From positions 76,123 to 140,122 of the forward strand of contig CACAYF010000002.1 in assembly GCA_902536655.1 (NCBI GenBank): 64,000 nucleotides of DNA. The letters are read 5' to 3'. The stretch is from an uncultured Alphaproteobacteria bacterium. Lineage in GTDB: Bacteria > Pseudomonadota > Alphaproteobacteria > Methylaequorales > Methylaequoraceae. Under the pieces are notes generated by a model. It saw only the letters and a program-made list of their open reading frames with translations. It searched no databases and was not told where the DNA came from. This document shows, piece by piece, positions 53,391-63,222 of this stretch. Both the position numbers and the translations under genes were made by a program. Position 1 is the stretch's first letter. Every line of letters starts with the position of its first letter.

Positions 53391-54890
53391 TTATTTTTTT
53401 TCTTTTAAGTATCTGTCTGTAATGTGTTTTTCGAAGTATTTTAAATTCAGCTTTTCACCTGTCACATTTAATAAAAGTTCGTCAATTTTATAATAATTAC
53501 CGTGGCTATGAATATTTTTTTTCAACCAATTGATGATTGGTAAAAAATTTCCTTTTTTTAAATCGCTTTCTAATTTAGGATTTTGTTTTTTTATACAATC
53601 AAAAATCTGAGCTGCAATGAATGCCCCAATACTATAAGTAGGAAAATAACCAAAATCTCCACCAAACCAATGAATATCTTGCAAACAACCGTTTTGGTCA
53701 CTATCAACTTTTATATTGAATATATTATAAAATTCTTGATTCCACAGTTCCGGAAGAAACATTACATCAAAGTCTTCTTCAATAATCTTTTTTTCAATTT
53801 TGAACCTATGCATTATATGAAGAGGATAATGGACTTCGTCTGCATCTACTCTTATGTAATTCTTTTTTACCTGCTTTCTGTTTCTATAAATATTTTCTTG
53901 ATTCCAAGCAGGATTTTTCTTCCCAAAATTTTTCTTGATTATTTTTTCGATTAAATGACTTACTTGAAGTGATTTAATAATTTGCATTTCAATAAAAAGT
54001 GATTGGCTTTCATGAAGTGACATTCCTCCAGATGAACCTAATGGCTGATGCAACCATTTTTTAGGTAGTCCTTGTTCATAAATAGCGTGACCTGTCTCGT
54101 GCATTAGAGCATCAAAGCATGAGAATGAGTCTGAATCATTATATCTTGTAGTAATTCTAATATCTTCAGAACTCCCACCGCAAAAAGGATGTGAACTTTT
54201 GTCAATTCTCCCGCGAGAAAAATCAAAGCCAAGTTTTTTCATAAAATCTTTTGATAGTTCAAATTGTTCTGACTCAGAAAGATTTTCGGTAAAAGAAATT
54301 GATTTATAGCTTCTTTGTTTTTCTAAAATTAATGGGATATTCTTTTTTAAAAACGATTCTATCCTAGAAAAGATTTTTGTAATGCTTGAAGAGGTCAATG
54401 ATCTGTCGTATTTAGATAATAAACAATCGTATTTTGTTTTATCCTTTTTTTGAGATAGTATTTCAGACTCAATCTTTATTACATCAACAAGCTTTTTAAA
54501 TGATTTTTTAACTAAATTAAAATTTGATTTTAGTTTAGCTTTTCTCCATTCACCCTCACACAAAATTGCAAGTGAAGTTTTTTTTTTTATATATTCATAT
54601 GGAACGATATCAAAGTATTCAAACTTATCTCTCATTAAATTAAGGTTTAATTTATCTTCCGGACTCAGGCTGGAATCATTGATCTTTTTAAATAATTCAT
54701 TTTTTTTAATTAGGTCAAAAATGCTTTTTTTGTAATCAAGAATTTTTTGTATTTGTCTAACACGCTGATTTCTTGAATTTTGAGGCATATATGTGGCCAT
54801 ATCCCAATTTAAGATACCATTAATATCATTTAGTAGACTTTGTTCTTCAAAAAGATTTTTAAGTTTTACATAAGCCATTGTTTTACTCAC
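53391..54890 (-). CDS. Carboxypeptidase, M32 family
   Basis: HPF, DIRITTRY, HETGH, HESQS, IRVDADE, GCLQDIHW, GYFPTY. Confidence 0.95.
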   Translation of the reverse strand: MSKTMAYVKLKNLFEEQSLLNDINGILNWDMATYMPQNSRNQRVRQIQKILDYKKSIFDLIKKNELFKKINDSSLSPEDKLNLNLMRDKFEYFDIVPYEYIKKKTSLAILCEGEWRKAKLKSNFNLVKKSFKKLVDVIKIESEILSQKKDKTKYDCLLSKYDRSLTSSSITKIFSRIESFLKKNIPLILEKQRSYKSISFTENLSESEQFELSKDFMKKLGFDFSRGRIDKSSHPFCGGSSEDIRITTRYNDSDSFSCFDALMHETGHAIYEQGLPKKWLHQPLGSSGGMSLHESQSLFIEMQIIKSLQVSHLIEKIIKKNFGKKNPAWNQENIYRNRKQVKKNYIRVDADEVHYPLHIMHRFKIEKKIIEEDFDVMFLPELWNQEFYNIFNIKVDSDQNGCLQDIHWFGGDFGYFPTYSIGAFIAAQIFDCIKKQNPKLESDLKKGNFLPIINWLKKNIHSHGNYYKIDELLLNVTGEKLNLKYFEKHITDRYLKEKK

Positions 54891-55300
54891 ATACAGACAT
54901 TTAAAAACCTTACATTACAATTTAAATTTAATGGGTTGCCTAGACCAATATAATTGTAATCGTTTCTAAAAGTATTCATTTTATTTAACATTTTTTGTTT
55001 ATCATTTTCAAAACTATTGATGATGTTTAGGTATCTAAAAAAAGCTTCATCCTCTGAAATTTCCTTTTTTGTTACCATCAGGTTTAATTGTTCAATAATA
55101 TTAACAAATCTATCTTTTGATAAATGACAATCGTTTGTGTTTATGCAAGATTCATTAACTTTATTTAGTCCACATTTTGAAATTGCGGAAAATGTGTTGT
55201 TTAATTCTTCACATTCGGAGAAATATTCATGCGAAAGCTTATTAGTAGAGCAGGAAACTACGAAAATTGTAAAGACAAAAGTTAATAATTTTTTAATCAT
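54887..55300 (-). CDS. Hypothetical Cys-rich lipoprotein
   Basis: MIKK, hydrophobic stretch and VVSC lipobox; six further Cys; stop overlaps the M32 peptidase start. Confidence 0.7.
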   Translation of the reverse strand: MIKKLLTFVFTIFVVSCSTNKLSHEYFSECEELNNTFSAISKCGLNKVNESCINTNDCHLSKDRFVNIIEQLNLMVTKKEISEDEAFFRYLNIINSFENDKQKMLNKMNTFRNDYNYIGLGNPLNLNCNVRFLNVCM

Positions 55301-55433
55301 ATTGATTATTTGGTAATTATTAGAAATAAATAAAGAACTTATGATTTTATCATAATGTATTATAAGATTATTTTAAAAATTATATTATAAACAGTGTTTT
55401 TTTAAAAAATAAATTTTAATAAATATTAACTTA

Positions 55434-57284
55434 ATGAAAGAGATTTTTTTTCCCATTTTAGCTTTTTCTCCAATCTTCTTAGCTGGAATTCTTTTGATTG
55501 TTTTTAGAATTGCAGCTAAAATTGCAATGCCACTAGTTTTTATATTTACCAGCATTATTTCTTATTTTATTTGGGGAATGAGTGAAGCCAGGATTTTAGC
55601 CTCAACTCTTCAGGGTCTAATTATTAGTATAAGTATTTTATGGATTATTTTCGGAGCTATTTTGTTATTAAATACACTAAAATATTCAGGTGCAATAAAC
55701 ACTATAAGATCTGGATTTTCTGACATAAGTAAAGATAGAAGAGTTCAAGTTATTATAATCGCGTGGTTGTTTGGGTGTTTTATTGAAGGAGCTTCAGGTT
55801 TTGGTACTCCTGCTGCAGTAGCTGCACCATTGATGGTTGCTGTTGGTTTTCCTCCAATTGCTGCAGTAGTTTTTGGTATGATGATACAATCCACACCTGT
55901 TTCTTTTGGTGCAGTGGGAACGCCTTTATTGGTCGGTGTTCAGGGTGGATTAGACAAAATAAGCATTTCAAATAAGTTATTGGAAAATGGATTGGAATGG
56001 AATTCATTCTTTGATTCTATTGTCATTAAAGTTGCAATAATTCACTCAATTTGTGGACTACTTATGCCAATTTTACTAGTAGTCATCATGACTAGATTTT
56101 TTGGTAAAAAAAAATCTTGGTTTGAAGGTTTATCAATATTTCCTTTTGCAATCTTTGCATCATTGAGCTTCACAATACCATATTTATTAACAGGTATCTT
56201 TCTTGGCCCAGAATTTCCATCTATAATAGGGGGATTAACTGGATTATTTATAGTTACAATTGCTACAAAAAGAAAATTTCTTATTCCAAAAGATGAATGG
56301 GACTTTCAACCTTCAAAAAATTGGCCATTAAACTGGATTTGTAACCCTCAAAATAAAGAAGTTATAGAAAATAAAAGAAATATAGGAAGTTTAATGGCGT
56401 GGCTTCCTTATTTATTACTCGCTCTGCTACTTGTATTTTCAAGAACTTTTGAACCGTTAAAAAAATTCCTTCAATCTGTAAATATTAAGTTTGAAAATAT
56501 TTTTAATGAAGAAAATATAAGTGCAAGTTTTCAATTATTATATCTTCCTGGAGGAATTTTAATTTTTATTTGTTTTATCACTTTTTTTCTACATAGAATG
56601 ACTTCTAAGGAAATTAGCTCGTCAATAATTGATTCCTCAAAGACTATTTTAAGTGCAGGCTTTGTTTTGATATTTACAGTTCCGCTGGTAAGAATAATGA
56701 TTAACTCTGGTGTTAATTATAATGATATTGCTAGTATGCCAATTTCTATGGCTCAAGGTGTATCGAATCTGATGGGACAAATATATCCTTTATTTGCACC
56801 AACTGTCGGTGCTATTGGAGCATTTCTAGCTGGCTCTAATACTGTTAGTAACCTGATGCTTAGTCAATTTCAATATGAAACTGCAAATCTTTTGAACATT
56901 TCAGGGGTGTTGATGGTTGCTGCACAAAGTGTTGGAGCAGCAGCTGGAAATATGATAGCTATACATAATGTTGTAGCAGCTTCAGCTACAGTTGGTTTAT
57001 TTGGAAGAGAGGGTAATGTTTTAAGGATTACTTTAATTCCAACTATTTACTATCTTAGCTTATCAGGAATTATCACTTATTGCTTTCTTCACTTTAAAAA
57101 AGATGATTCAAGTAAAATGAAAATAACAGATGAAAAAACATTTTCGGGTCCAATGGGCATGGGGTTGATAAAATCATATAAATCTGGAAATAAGACATAC
57201 TGCATTTACAATACAATTGACGGACAACAAAAAATAATACTAGAGAGCCAAAAATTAGAATGCGAAGCTAGCAAATCAGAGTAA
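55434..57284 (+). CDS. lldP: L-lactate permease family transporter with a C-terminal extension
   Basis: [44 protein letters not shown]. Confidence 0.9.
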   Translation: MKEIFFPILAFSPIFLAGILLIVFRIAAKIAMPLVFIFTSIISYFIWGMSEARILASTLQGLIISISILWIIFGAILLLNTLKYSGAINTIRSGFSDISKDRRVQVIIIAWLFGCFIEGASGFGTPAAVAAPLMVAVGFPPIAAVVFGMMIQSTPVSFGAVGTPLLVGVQGGLDKISISNKLLENGLEWNSFFDSIVIKVAIIHSICGLLMPILLVVIMTRFFGKKKSWFEGLSIFPFAIFASLSFTIPYLLTGIFLGPEFPSIIGGLTGLFIVTIATKRKFLIPKDEWDFQPSKNWPLNWICNPQNKEVIENKRNIGSLMAWLPYLLLALLLVFSRTFEPLKKFLQSVNIKFENIFNEENISASFQLLYLPGGILIFICFITFFLHRMTSKEISSSIIDSSKTILSAGFVLIFTVPLVRIMINSGVNYNDIASMPISMAQGVSNLMGQIYPLFAPTVGAIGAFLAGSNTVSNLMLSQFQYETANLLNISGVLMVAAQSVGAAAGNMIAIHNVVAASATVGLFGREGNVLRITLIPTIYYLSLSGIITYCFLHFKKDDSSKMKITDEKTFSGPMGMGLIKSYKSGNKTYCIYNTIDGQQKIILESQKLECEASKSE

Positions 57285-57289
57285 AATTT

Positions 57290-58333
57290 ATGGATCCATG
57301 TACTCAAGGTTTAGTTGGAGCAACTTTTTCTTCACTGTTTTCTAATAAAAAAGATATTCGAAAAGCTTCTTTGTGTGGGGCAATTGGAGGATTAGCGCCA
57401 GATTTAGATATTTTTATAAGATCCGAAAATGACCAACTTCTTTTTATTGAATACCATAGACATTTTACACATTCTTTGTTTTTTGCTCCAATTGGAAGTA
57501 TATTTGTTTCTTTGATAATTTTTACTTGCTTCTACAAGTTAAGAATGTCATTAAGTTTTATATACTTGTTTACTTTGATTGGATTTTTGAGTCATGGTTT
57601 ACTTGATTCTCTTACAAGTTACGGAACATCTCTTTTTTGGCCCCTAAGTCAATCTAGAGTTTCTTTGAATCTAATATCGATTGTAGATCCTATATTTACT
57701 TTTACTTTAGTTTTATTGTTAATTTTTTCCTTGCTTAAAAAATCAACTTCTTTAATAAGATCAAGTATTTTGTTTAGTTTTTTTTATATTTTCCTTTGTT
57801 ATCAAAAACATCTACAAGTAAAAGATTTTATTTTTGAAATATCTGAGAGAAGAGGGCACAACATAGAAAGGTTAATTATTAAACCAACAATTGGAAATAT
57901 AATTCTGTGGAGAAGTGTTTATAGAACAAACAACAAATATTATGTTGATGCTGTATATGTACCCTTTTTTGATGAACCAAAATTTAAATCGGGAGCTATT
58001 TTAAAAGCTATTGATAAAGAATCAGTTTTCCCAGAGTTAAAGTCAAATTCAATTCAAAGAGAGGATATTCGGAGATTCTCTTTTTTTTCAGATGATTTTA
58101 TATACATTCATCCATTAAATAGATTTTTAATTAGTGATCTTAGATATGGATTTTTGCCTTATGATGATAAATCTTTATGGGGAATTGAAATAAATACTAA
58201 TACACCTGAAATTCATGTTGATTTTAAGAATTTAAGAGATTTTAATGAAAAATTTTATAGAGAATATTGGAACATGTTATCTGGGAACTATCAATATCAA
58301 ATCTTAGAAAATTATAAATATGAACATCGTTGA
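57290..58333 (+). CDS. Membrane-bound metal-dependent hydrolase (YdjM-like family)
   Basis: MDPCTQ, PDLD, HRHFTHS, SHGLLDSLTSYG, IVDP. Confidence 0.85.
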   Translation: MDPCTQGLVGATFSSLFSNKKDIRKASLCGAIGGLAPDLDIFIRSENDQLLFIEYHRHFTHSLFFAPIGSIFVSLIIFTCFYKLRMSLSFIYLFTLIGFLSHGLLDSLTSYGTSLFWPLSQSRVSLNLISIVDPIFTFTLVLLLIFSLLKKSTSLIRSSILFSFFYIFLCYQKHLQVKDFIFEISERRGHNIERLIIKPTIGNIILWRSVYRTNNKYYVDAVYVPFFDEPKFKSGAILKAIDKESVFPELKSNSIQREDIRRFSFFSDDFIYIHPLNRFLISDLRYGFLPYDDKSLWGIEINTNTPEIHVDFKNLRDFNEKFYREYWNMLSGNYQYQILENYKYEHR

Positions 58334-58395
58334 TCAACTTTAAAGAATTATTTACTAGATATGGCAAATTAATTTCGAATGATTATCTTAATAAC

Positions 58396-58995
58396 ATGCA
58401 CAAAAAAAAATTTATTTTATTAATTTTACCTCTCCTTTTTCTTTCATCAAAGATTTCTGCTCTTCCTGCTTGCGATGGAAACTTTGTAAGACATTGTTAT
58501 GGAACAATCTTTCACCAAAATGGTGAAAAATATGTCGGAGAGATCAAGGATAACAAGTATAATGGTAAAGGATCATACTTATTTATCAACGGAAATGTAT
58601 ATATTGGTGAGTTTAAAGATGGATTACAAAATGGTCAAGGAACCTTCACATTTGCAAATGGCGATAAATACGAAGGAGGATTTAAAAATGGTTATTACCA
58701 TGGAAAAGGTTCTTCAACTTTTTCAGACGGAGAGAATTACACAGGAGATTTCGTAGACGACCTTCCTCACGGTGAAGGAACTCATACATTTTCCGATGGA
58801 TCAATTTATGTTGGACAATTTGTAGATGGTATGAGATCCGGAGAGGGGACAATAACTTATTCGAATGGAGATAAATACACTGGTAGCTTTAAAAAAAACT
58901 TATTTGACGGTTATGGAACGTTAACGTTACAAGACGGATCAACAAAAAAAGGAATGTTCAAAGCTAATAAATTTATTGGTAATTCAAAGCAATAG
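58396..58995 (+). CDS. Secreted MORN-repeat protein
   Basis: About 6 tandem 23-aa Y.G.F.DG...G.G..T...G repeats; signal peptide from ATG 58396 (ORF TTG 58330 probably too long). Confidence 0.9.
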   Translation: MHKKKFILLILPLLFLSSKISALPACDGNFVRHCYGTIFHQNGEKYVGEIKDNKYNGKGSYLFINGNVYIGEFKDGLQNGQGTFTFANGDKYEGGFKNGYYHGKGSSTFSDGENYTGDFVDDLPHGEGTHTFSDGSIYVGQFVDGMRSGEGTITYSNGDKYTGSFKKNLFDGYGTLTLQDGSTKKGMFKANKFIGNSKQ

Positions 58996-59062
58996 ATCCT
59001 CAGTTTTAAAAAATCGTTGTAAAACTATTTACTTTATTTAACCAGGAACTTTTTACAAATAT

Positions 59063-59704
59063 TTAATTAACAGTGTTTATTTTTTCTATTTGCTCTAAAA
59101 AAGTAGAATCATCAAGCCTCATTAAAATTGAAGATCTATCATTTAATGCTGATTCTGGAGTTCGATGTAAAATTCCATGTTTTCCACCACGAAAAATTGC
59201 AACATCCCATTTATTTAAATATCTTATCGCTGATCTGTCTTTAATTATATTTTCATTTGGTTTTCCACTAATAAAAGCATTCCTGTCTGCAGCATTATCA
59301 GGGAGTAATTCTGTACCTTGTCCGGAATAAGTTACTAAACATCTATAAGGGACCATATCAACATGAAAACGTTTACAACCTCTCTCAGATCCCAACCAAA
59401 AACTTATTTTGTCTTTTTCTTGAAATAAACAAAACATTTTACAAATTTCACTCATATCATTTAACCAATTGTTAAAAAATATGTTTTTCCTAATTTTTGA
59501 TGGAATTTTTTCTTCTGTAAGTTTGATAATGTCATTTAAACTATTCTCCAATGAAACATAACCAGAAGTTGAAAAAGGAGTTAAGTTTAATCCACTAAAG
59601 AAAAGATTGAAATCCTCAGAAACTTGACGATTCAAAATCGCTAATTGATGGTTATTGTGTTTGAAATCCATTAAGGATTTTACATTTTCACAATTAAAAA
59701 TCAT
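59063..59704 (-). CDS. DUF1826 family protein
   Basis: CKRFHVD.VP.R.LVTY.G.GTE and ILHRTP motifs. Confidence 0.85.
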   Translation of the reverse strand: MIFNCENVKSLMDFKHNNHQLAILNRQVSEDFNLFFSGLNLTPFSTSGYVSLENSLNDIIKLTEEKIPSKIRKNIFFNNWLNDMSEICKMFCLFQEKDKISFWLGSERGCKRFHVDMVPYRCLVTYSGQGTELLPDNAADRNAFISGKPNENIIKDRSAIRYLNKWDVAIFRGGKHGILHRTPESALNDRSSILMRLDDSTFLEQIEKINTVN

Positions 59705-59707
59705 GAA

Positions 59708-60073
59708 TCAGAAGATAACTTCAGATAAAAAAATTGAACTATTTAGAGTATAAAGAATACTTGCGAGAATAAGATTGGTCTTAATTTTTTTATTAGTCGT
59801 ACTGCATTCTTGTTCAGTGCAACATTCATCATCTTGGCACTTTATTTTTTTATTATAAATTTCAAAAGAAATGATTAATAAAAATATAAGCGTTGTAATT
59901 GCAAAAAGATATGGTTCAGCTGCTTCTAATAACTCAGAATTTAAAAGGAGTGAGTCGATAATTAATGCATTTGAAGATAATGAAGCAAATGATAACGTTA
60001 AAGGCAAGCCACAGCATAACAGATGTGTTAGACCTATCCATAATAATGAGTATGAAGAGTAATACTTAAACAT
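59708..60073 (-). CDS. MerC-like small membrane protein
   Basis: THLLCCGLP in TM1, about 3 TMs, Cys-rich loop CQDDECCTEQEC. Confidence 0.65.
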   Translation of the reverse strand: MFKYYSSYSLLWIGLTHLLCCGLPLTLSFASLSSNALIIDSLLLNSELLEAAEPYLFAITTLIFLLIISFEIYNKKIKCQDDECCTEQECSTTNKKIKTNLILASILYTLNSSIFLSEVIF

Positions 60074-60079
60074 ATTTAA

Positions 60080-62044
60080 TTAATAGAATAGCTTTAAATT
60101 AAAATTAAAACTTCTACCAGGTAATTGAACTTGACCCTTCTTTGCCTCAAGATGATCACGACCAACTGTATTTAGAAGATTGGTTACACTAAACATTGCA
60201 TGGCCAGATAAATCTGAGTACATGAAATCTTTTGTAAGATCAAAATCTAATCTTGAATGACCACCTGTTCTTGTATAAAAAGGACCTGTGAATTCTTTAT
60301 CAAAATAATGATAATATTTAATATTAGTATCCCATTCCTCATTAATAAGTTGTAAACCAACATTTACTTTTGATTGTGGAATTCTAGTTATAGCCTTGTC
60401 ATTGGATGTTCTGTAACCCTTCAAGAATTCTCCTACAAAGTTAGCAAGGAAATCAAAATCATCGAATTTCGTTATGCCATACTGACCAGTTAATTCTACT
60501 CCAGTAAATAATGCATTATATTGATCGTGAATAACAACATTAAAATCTTCACCTTCAACAGTTTGTGTATTACCGTTTCTATCTGCAGCAATAAAATCAT
60601 TGATGTAATTATAATAAGCTTCAATTTTTAATTTATTTAGATTTTCATCATAATGATATCCAAGTGATACATTGTAAGAACTCTCTTTATCTAAGTTTGC
60701 GTTACCTGTCTCAACATTTTCAAGAGCATGATGAGGACCGTCTGCGAATAGTTCGACAGCATTCGGTGCTCTTTGCGTAAAATCAAAACCTAAAAATACA
60801 CTATTGTTTGGAATGATTTCTCTTTTGGCAGTGGAAGAAAATGCAACAGGGAAAAAACCTTTCTCATACTGTGTTGTTTTCAAATTTACGGATTCAATTC
60901 GACCACCAAGATCTAAATCAAATAAATCAAATTTTAACTTTTCGAGAGCAAATAAAGCAAAACTATTGGTCTTCGTTGGAGTTAAATGACCTTCCTCTGC
61001 TCCTGTTGCACCTTGATTTTTATTCATAAAATGAAAACCTATTAATCCTTCTTCATTTTGATTGAATAGAGATTTGTGATTCAGTGATGTTTTTATTTCA
61101 TATATGTCATTGAAAAATGTTATATTATGATTGTTACCATCGCCTGTTCTTTCAGCATGATTATATTCGGAGACAGTGCCTTCTAAGTTAAACTTTTCAA
61201 AGATTAAATAATTTAATGCCAGTGATGAATCAAAATTTATTGTATTTCTTGTAGGGTTAAGCGATGTCATATTTTCTTCACCTTCAGGACCAGGATTTTG
61301 ATACACAGCTTCAAGTTTGTCCAAAGAAACTCCAAAATGATTCTGACCATCATTGTATGTTATTCCAACGCCACCAGATGTCATGAACTTTGATGAATTT
61401 GCTTGCTTAGTTGAAACATTTGCTAAATCGTAAGGGCCCGCACTTACAAAACTTCCAGAACCTCTAACAGTAAAATTGTCCACAGATTTACCAAATTTTA
61501 ATGCGGTTCCCAACTCTCCACCTGAGGTCTTGTATCCAAAACCTAATTGGACGTTTTCGTCAGAAAGAGGCTTATCTACTGTAATTAAAGGGTTTATAAT
61601 GTTTACAACTCCAGCAAACCCATTGTTTCCATAAAGTAACGTACCGGGCCCTTTAATAATTTCTATTTTATCAATTAATAATGGATCATATCCAACAATA
61701 TGATCTTCACCAAATTCGGAAACATCACCTAGTGAAGAACTGTTTTGTAAAATTTTAACTCGCGAATTACCAAGACCCCTGATTATTGGACGTGATGCGT
61801 TACCCAGACCTTGTGAAGCAATTCCTGGTAAATCTTTGAGCATCTGACCAATAGAGTATTGTCTGCTTTTTTCTAGTTCATGAGAATCATATAAAATATT
61901 ACCCCTATCACTTTCATATTCGGTACTCGGCTTAATTTTAGATGTTATAAATACATCGGGTGCAACAAATATAGATTCTAATTTTTCAGCATTTACATTA
62001 GCTACTAACAATGCGGTCAAGACGAAGGTAACTATTTTATACAT
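60080..62044 (-). CDS. TonB-dependent receptor, ZnuD-like
   Basis: Signal peptide, plug (LPGI..RPIIRG, IEIIKGPGTLLYG), EDH, ELFADGPHHA, PGRSF..., aromatic C-terminus. Confidence 0.9.
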   Translation of the reverse strand: MYKIVTFVLTALLVANVNAEKLESIFVAPDVFITSKIKPSTEYESDRGNILYDSHELEKSRQYSIGQMLKDLPGIASQGLGNASRPIIRGLGNSRVKILQNSSSLGDVSEFGEDHIVGYDPLLIDKIEIIKGPGTLLYGNNGFAGVVNIINPLITVDKPLSDENVQLGFGYKTSGGELGTALKFGKSVDNFTVRGSGSFVSAGPYDLANVSTKQANSSKFMTSGGVGITYNDGQNHFGVSLDKLEAVYQNPGPEGEENMTSLNPTRNTINFDSSLALNYLIFEKFNLEGTVSEYNHAERTGDGNNHNITFFNDIYEIKTSLNHKSLFNQNEEGLIGFHFMNKNQGATGAEEGHLTPTKTNSFALFALEKLKFDLFDLDLGGRIESVNLKTTQYEKGFFPVAFSSTAKREIIPNNSVFLGFDFTQRAPNAVELFADGPHHALENVETGNANLDKESSYNVSLGYHYDENLNKLKIEAYYNYINDFIAADRNGNTQTVEGEDFNVVIHDQYNALFTGVELTGQYGITKFDDFDFLANFVGEFLKGYRTSNDKAITRIPQSKVNVGLQLINEEWDTNIKYYHYFDKEFTGPFYTRTGGHSRLDFDLTKDFMYSDLSGHAMFSVTNLLNTVGRDHLEAKKGQVQLPGRSFNFNLKLFY

Positions 62045-62081
62045 TGATTTTCCATTAAATAAGATGTTGATATTATTTTTA

Positions 62082-62096
62082 TGTTATATTATAACA
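62082..62096. promoter_or_regulatory. Zur box
   Basis: Perfect 7-1-7 palindrome TGTTATA-T-TATAACA matching the proteobacterial Zur consensus core; 37 bp upstream of the receptor; overlaps a candidate minus-strand promoter TTGACA (62112-07), N18, TATAAC. Confidence 0.82.
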
Positions 62097-62165
62097 CTTT
62101 CTATTGTGTCAACCCCAATCAAATAAAATCATTGATTTTTTTAAAACTTTTAATAATTTGTAAGC

Positions 62166-62501
62166 ATGAGATGTGTAAAATTTTTTGTTTTAAGTGTTTT
62201 AATACTTAGTCTGTCTAGTTTGACGATCTCAGCTAAAGTTATTTCGTATTGTTTAGATAAAAAATATTCTCAACTTAATGAAACAAATCATGTTCACTCA
62301 AACAAATCTTGTCATTCTCAATCAAATGATGTTGAAGACATATGCTTTAATTGTGAGTGTTATTATACTCAAATAAATACATACCAAGTTGACGATATTT
62401 TAGATGCTCATATCAACAATTCTTCATTTAATAACTTAAAGTTTACATTTGATTCCCTAAACCCTTTACTTAGACCACCCCCGCCAAAACTTTTTGCCTG
62501 A
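62166..62501 (+). CDS. Putative CutF/CruR(DUF2946)-like metal-sensing leader protein
   Basis: Signal peptide, HxH..CH, CxxCxC (C60, C63, C65), C-terminal LRPPPP four codons before the stop. Confidence 0.7.
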   Translation: MRCVKFFVLSVLILSLSSLTISAKVISYCLDKKYSQLNETNHVHSNKSCHSQSNDVEDICFNCECYYTQINTYQVDDILDAHINNSSFNNLKFTFDSLNPLLRPPPPKLFA

Positions 62502-62564
62502 TTTTATTTCAAAGTTTTGAGACAAATTTTGTCTTGAATTTATTTCTTATTATTAGGAGAAAAG
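62490..62564 (+). promoter_or_regulatory. Predicted anti-SD/SD RNA helix with a nested hairpin
   Basis: CTTTTTGCCTGAT (62490-62502) pairs with ATTAGGAGAAAAG (62552-62564); nested AGACAA-ATT-TTGTCT hairpin near 62516-62539. Confidence 0.6.
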
Positions 62565-63212
62565 ATGAAGATATTTTTATGCAAAATAGTTCTAGTGTGT
62601 ACTTTTATAGCCATAAAAGATATTAATGCTAGACCGATTTCATATCCTGGAGGCTGGACATTAATGCAGGCAAATGATTTTATTAAACATAGTTTTCATT
62701 TGCATTATAGTCCATCAATTGATTATTCAATAGGTTATAGAGCAGCATATTGGAGAGAAAAAGAATGGCAATTTCATGGACTTCAATTAAATTATCTCAT
62801 AAAAAGACTAAATAAACCTAAGTCGCAAACAAATTTTTATTTAAGGAACGGAATAGGTTTAGCAACTAGTAATTATGAAGCTTTTGAAAATAAATTTGAA
62901 CCATCCCTTTTCACAGGCATTTTATTTGATTGGGAAGATAGAAGGTTTTTTACAAGTTATCAGAATCAAGCTAATCATGCATCTTCGATAGATAAATTTT
63001 TTTCACAACAATTTAGAATCGGAGTGGCTCCTTATTTGGCTGAATATGGATATTTACATACTTGGATAATGCTTCAAGCCAACCATATGCCTGGAAGTAG
63101 TAAAAACTTGACATTTACTCCAATGTTAAGAGTTTTTAAAGGGGATTATTTGGCAGAGTTAGGTCTTAATAACTACAAAGACTTTATGTTTAACTTCATT
63201 AAAAGATTTTAG
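62565..63212 (+). CDS. Hypothetical exported protein, probable small outer-membrane beta-barrel
   Basis: AGGAGA SD, signal peptide ending INA, aromatic-rich alternating strands, C-terminal Phe (FNFIKRF). Confidence 0.7.
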   Translation: MKIFLCKIVLVCTFIAIKDINARPISYPGGWTLMQANDFIKHSFHLHYSPSIDYSIGYRAAYWREKEWQFHGLQLNYLIKRLNKPKSQTNFYLRNGIGLATSNYEAFENKFEPSLFTGILFDWEDRRFFTSYQNQANHASSIDKFFSQQFRIGVAPYLAEYGYLHTWIMLQANHMPGSSKNLTFTPMLRVFKGDYLAELGLNNYKDFMFNFIKRF

Positions 63213-63222
63213 AGGAAAAGAA

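Noticed and set aside
57290-58333. SOS regulation of the YdjM-like hydrolase (family named LexA-binding)
   Set aside because: No GTTC-N7-GTTC box upstream; the gene starts 5 bp after lldP
58500-58970. Periodic ~69-bp nucleotide similarity suggesting a repeat array or CRISPR
   Set aside because: Explained by in-frame 23-aa MORN repeats; no identical repeats with unique spacers and no cas genes
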